DNA of 64,000 nt, taken from assembly GCF_009914755.1 (NCBI RefSeq), contig NC_060932.1, one strand, 5' to 3'. The DNA is from the human T2T-CHM13v2.0 reference genome, Homo sapiens. This document shows, one piece after another, positions 58,960-64,000 of the stretch (position 1 is its first letter; every line of letters starts with the position of its first letter). A program made the translations under genes and the position numbers. The notes beneath the pieces were generated by a model, which was given only the letters and a program-made list of their open reading frames with translations, made no database searches and was not told the DNA's origin.

Positions 58960-59330
58960 GTTAGCTCAATTTAACAAACATTAATTGAATAGTTCCTATG
59001 TTACCAGGAGCCATGGAATCTACTGGACATATTAATGTATATAAAATACCATGTCTGTTCTCCAGACACTCAATATCTAGCATAGGAGACAGACTTATAT
59101 GCAAATAAACACAACAGAAAGAAGTGATACATACAAAATAGAACCATGTTTAAGATAGCTAGAATAGAAGGATGTGAATTCTGACTGGGGGGATTGGAGG
59201 AGGCATCAGAGAGAGGGGCTCTTGAGCAGAATTTTTAATAAAAAGAAGTTAAGTTTTCCAGGCAGACAAAGGAGGAGATGTTCAAAGCACAGATGTCGTT
59301 ATCTTGTGCAAAGGTATGGGAGCTTTGATT
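58960..59330 (-). mobile_element. L2 3' fragment
   Basis: 'aacaaacattaattgaatagttcctatgttaccagg'. Confidence 0.65.
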
Positions 59331-60076
59331 GTAATATATTCTACTGGACAAAAGTTGGATAATTAACGTGCTTTCCCAAAGCATATGACACAAAAACAGA
59401 TCAGATCACTTTTAGCCTTTCAAGCTACCAATTATAAAGCCTTCTTTAGCACTACCCGTTCTGTAGTAGAAAGAAGACGTGGCTAGGGTAAGTGGGATGT
59501 CCTTGAACAGCACAGCGAGCTTGTAGCTCTAACAAATCCCTGGATCTCCTTTCTTCACCTATAAATAATAGGTAGGCTAGCTTATTCCTATTTAGTCCTA
59601 AATGTTCATATTTCTTCTTCCCCCTTTAAAACATTGTTAAGGACTTTTTAGAAAGGTCATCTCTCTGCTGTGTTCTCACAACTAGACATCCCAATCACTG
59701 CATCACTGTTACCAAGCAGCAAGGCCTCTTTCCAGTGATGTTAGCCAGGGGAGGTTCGGCTGACCACCCAGGTCCAGGGCAGCACATTCGTTCCCTACTC
59801 TTTTTTTTTTTTTTAATTAGTCCCTGTTTCACTGGTGTCTTCCAGACTTCCTTTTCTCTCCCATTTGCTCGGTTCAGCTTTGTTGTTTCAAATAAATCTC
59901 CATGGAAGGAAAAATACAGTGATCCTTTAAATCCACGGACTCTTCTAAGCTGAAAGCCCTCCAGATGGCTCATTCTTGCCTCTCTGCTTAATTTCCCCCA
60001 TCCATCTGAGAAGATGTCTCTTAATCATTCCTACTGCATCTTGATGTCTCTTTTAATCAATGGCTTTTTAAAAGAT

Positions 60077-60180
60077 AAATTACTTTTCAATAATTGTTAC
60101 TAGGCACTTTGCAAGTTCCTTCACATTTACAAATTACTTTTCAATAATTGTTAATAGACACTTTGCAAGTTCCTTCACAT
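60077..60180 (+). repeat. 54-bp tandem duplication
   Basis: aaattacttttcaataattgtta(c/a)tag(g/a)cactttgcaagttccttcacat occurs twice with period 54. Confidence 0.95.
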
Positions 60181-61651
60181 CTTTAGCTTGGGAGAGAAAT
60201 TTTCTTAGTGGAGCATTTGGACTAGAACAGCCAAACAAATATAATTTTAACTGGTTTTATGACACGACCCTAGAATAATAAAGGTCACTAAGCTATTAGT
60301 GAATTTTCATTTACTTTTTGAATATTGTATTGTTCCTGACAGCCAAAAATTTGCTTTGTATCTGCTATTGATTATATTTTGCTTCCTGAACATGTTATGC
60401 ATAAGGTTACTTTATTTCTAAGTGTGTATCCTTTTTCTCTACTTACTCATTTAATTTTAACTTAACTTCTTATTTCTGTTCTTAAATACATTCCATTGGT
60501 AGACATTATCGTTTGAAAACTCCTTTTGGCAATCTCTTTCAAATGGGAGTCTTTGATTTGGTCAGTGCTCTGGCTTTTCAGGGAGGGCTCTGTGAAATGA
60601 ACCTGCACATCTTTGCAACTTCTGAGATTTTCCCCTCCACTCACTAGCTGATGTTCTGAGCCCTTTCCTGGTTTGGTTGGACTGAAAGGTTCCCATGTGT
60701 GGCTTTCAGCCATTCCCTAATGCTATTTGATGTTGGTGAATAGTCCAGGTTATAAAGTATTTTGCAAGCTCTCCTTGCGTGGGCACCCTCCTCCCATTTA
60801 ATTAGCCAGTGGGAAGAAGAGAGGAAAGTATCTCTGGAGAGCAGTCTCCAGATGCCGAGAGCTAATAAATCACTTTCTGCAACACCACGTTTTCTTCTTT
60901 ACTCAGAATTATTCTTCAATATGTGATTCCAAGCAAGATTTGATTCCTATTTTGCTTTTGTTCTGTAATGCAACTATAGCTGCTTGTCTTTTAGATTTTT
61001 CAGTTGCCTGCCTTTCCTGAATTGTCTTCTTCACATGATACAACCTATGCAATCCAATTTTACTGAAACTATGTAAAATGATTGTGCCTTGAAGAAAAAA
61101 CTGCATTTCTACTAGAGCATAGCCATCAGGACTTCAGGTTCTGAGACTCACTTAAATGCCTCTCAAGGATACAGGAGTGAGATGCACCAAGAGGCAATTT
61201 GCTCCATCCCTCTTAGGTAGGTTTGGTTAGAAAGGGTGAGCAAATTCCGTGGCTGCTTTACTAATCCTGGAAAGACAGTGTTGTAATAGAGGAACATGTC
61301 TCAGAGAGACATGTGTATCCATTACCTTTCAGAGCCATGGCAAAATCAACTCAATTTGGAGATAGTGTCTTTTGTGTCCATTTAAAACAATTTTGAAATT
61401 CAACTCATTTTAAATTTATGGACCACAATGGAGTTTTTTACTATATCTGTTAAAATATGGAAACTTTAGCTCATTTCGATAGCATATGCTATATATACAC
61501 AAATGGAATTTAAGAATGCATTTCATTTTGGGGGGGATACATGAGAACTTAAAAGGCAATGCCATTTAAATTGTGCCCCATTTTTCTCTCAAGCATGGGA
61601 GTACTGGGCTGTGAAGTTACCTCCCCATATATGGATAGTAAGACGTTTTTC

Positions 61652-62970
<1,319 letters not shown>

Positions 62971-62997
62971 AAAGAATGACTGTCTTTCTTTGAGAAG

Positions 62998-63195
62998 CAG
63001 TGTGATGTTGTATAGAGAGCCCAGGCTTTGGGAGTCAGACAGAACCGTCATTGAATCCTGGCTCCAGGCTGGCTGTGTAATCCTGAGCACATTGCTTAGG
63101 CTCTCTGAATCTGTTTCTTCATAGTCACATTCCTCATGGTCAGTGTGAGAACTGGTAAAGTTAGTATCTATAAAATGCTGAGCATAGAGCCTGGA
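62998..63195 (+). mobile_element. MIR
   Basis: 'gagcccaggctttgggagtcagacaga...ctctctgaatctgtttcttcat'. Confidence 0.7.
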
Positions 63196-64000
63196 GGAGA
63201 GAGAACCCTTGGTCCTAATCATGCCATACATCAGACAGAGGGGAGCTTTTAAAACGACACCTCTTCATGTCCCGGGAGTGGAGAGTCTCTGAGAAGTAAA
63301 AACCACTCTCTTTCAGATTAATGGGGAGTAATCCACCAAATTAGTGAAAATAGAAATAATCAGTTCATCTTAATTTTATAATTTTCAATTACAGAAACTA
63401 ATTAGGAAGTATTATCCACCTTTTATTGTGTCTCCATTGACAATTTGTTTGTAGACCTTTTTAGCTTTCACTTCTGTGCATTTCCTCTGTCAGGGGCCCT
63501 AACACTAGAACACAGTATTCCTTCTCCAAGGTCTTGAACCAGATGACTTCTGAGCATGGTGAGTGAACCTCTCCGATCTGTATCCTAGCCTTCCAGGGAC
63601 ACTCGGTTGTAAGTCTCACAAAATCAAGAAAGGGCCTGGGGCTCAAGGTAAAAATCTGGAAACACTGGAGGCAAATGAAGCCAGAAAGATGGTGAAGTTT
63701 TCCGAAGAGATCATAAAAAGAAAGAAAGAGAACTTGGACATAAACCTGAAAAATGTCAGGCTTTAAGAGGAAAAAAGAATAATAGGAGTCCATAAAGAAG
63801 ACTGAGATGAAACAGAAAGGTAGGAGGAAGTCGCAATCCCAGAAGTCAAGATAAAAGGAAGCCTCTTTTTTAAAGAAAATTAAAATTGAATGTATATTTC
63901 TGCTGAGATGATTATGGCATTTCTGTAAATATATTATGAGGAGAGGGTAATCTTTAAAGTTTTTAATCAGGGTAATAATTAAGATCCAGCAATAATGACT

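Overview
Primate (human-like) AT-rich, repeat-dense genomic DNA with no intact protein-coding gene. Much of the window is interspersed repeat: about 23 Alus, L1/L2/MIR fragments, about 12 ERV1/MaLR/ERVL LTR-derived segments (several solo LTRs with readable TSDs), and MER20, MER63 and Tigger-type DNA transposon relics. The main non-repeat signal is a heavily decayed multi-exon gene on the minus strand. Its ~2.9-kb exon (39997-43976, after removing two Alus and an MLT1 LTR) translates into colinear motifs that resemble DNAAF9/C20orf194 (Shulin) as I recall that sequence, at a divergence more like an ancient lost paralogue than a recent retrocopy. Other features: a 3'-UTR retrocopy with an inverted copy of its own target site (41-bp hairpin), a 94-bp inverted repeat around ~890 bp, a tailless 22-nt U6 retrocopy, a tiny RPS2 retrocopy, small duplications, and a probable plus-strand non-coding terminal exon. 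Repeat subfamily names and the DNAAF9 similarity come from memory and need database confirmation.
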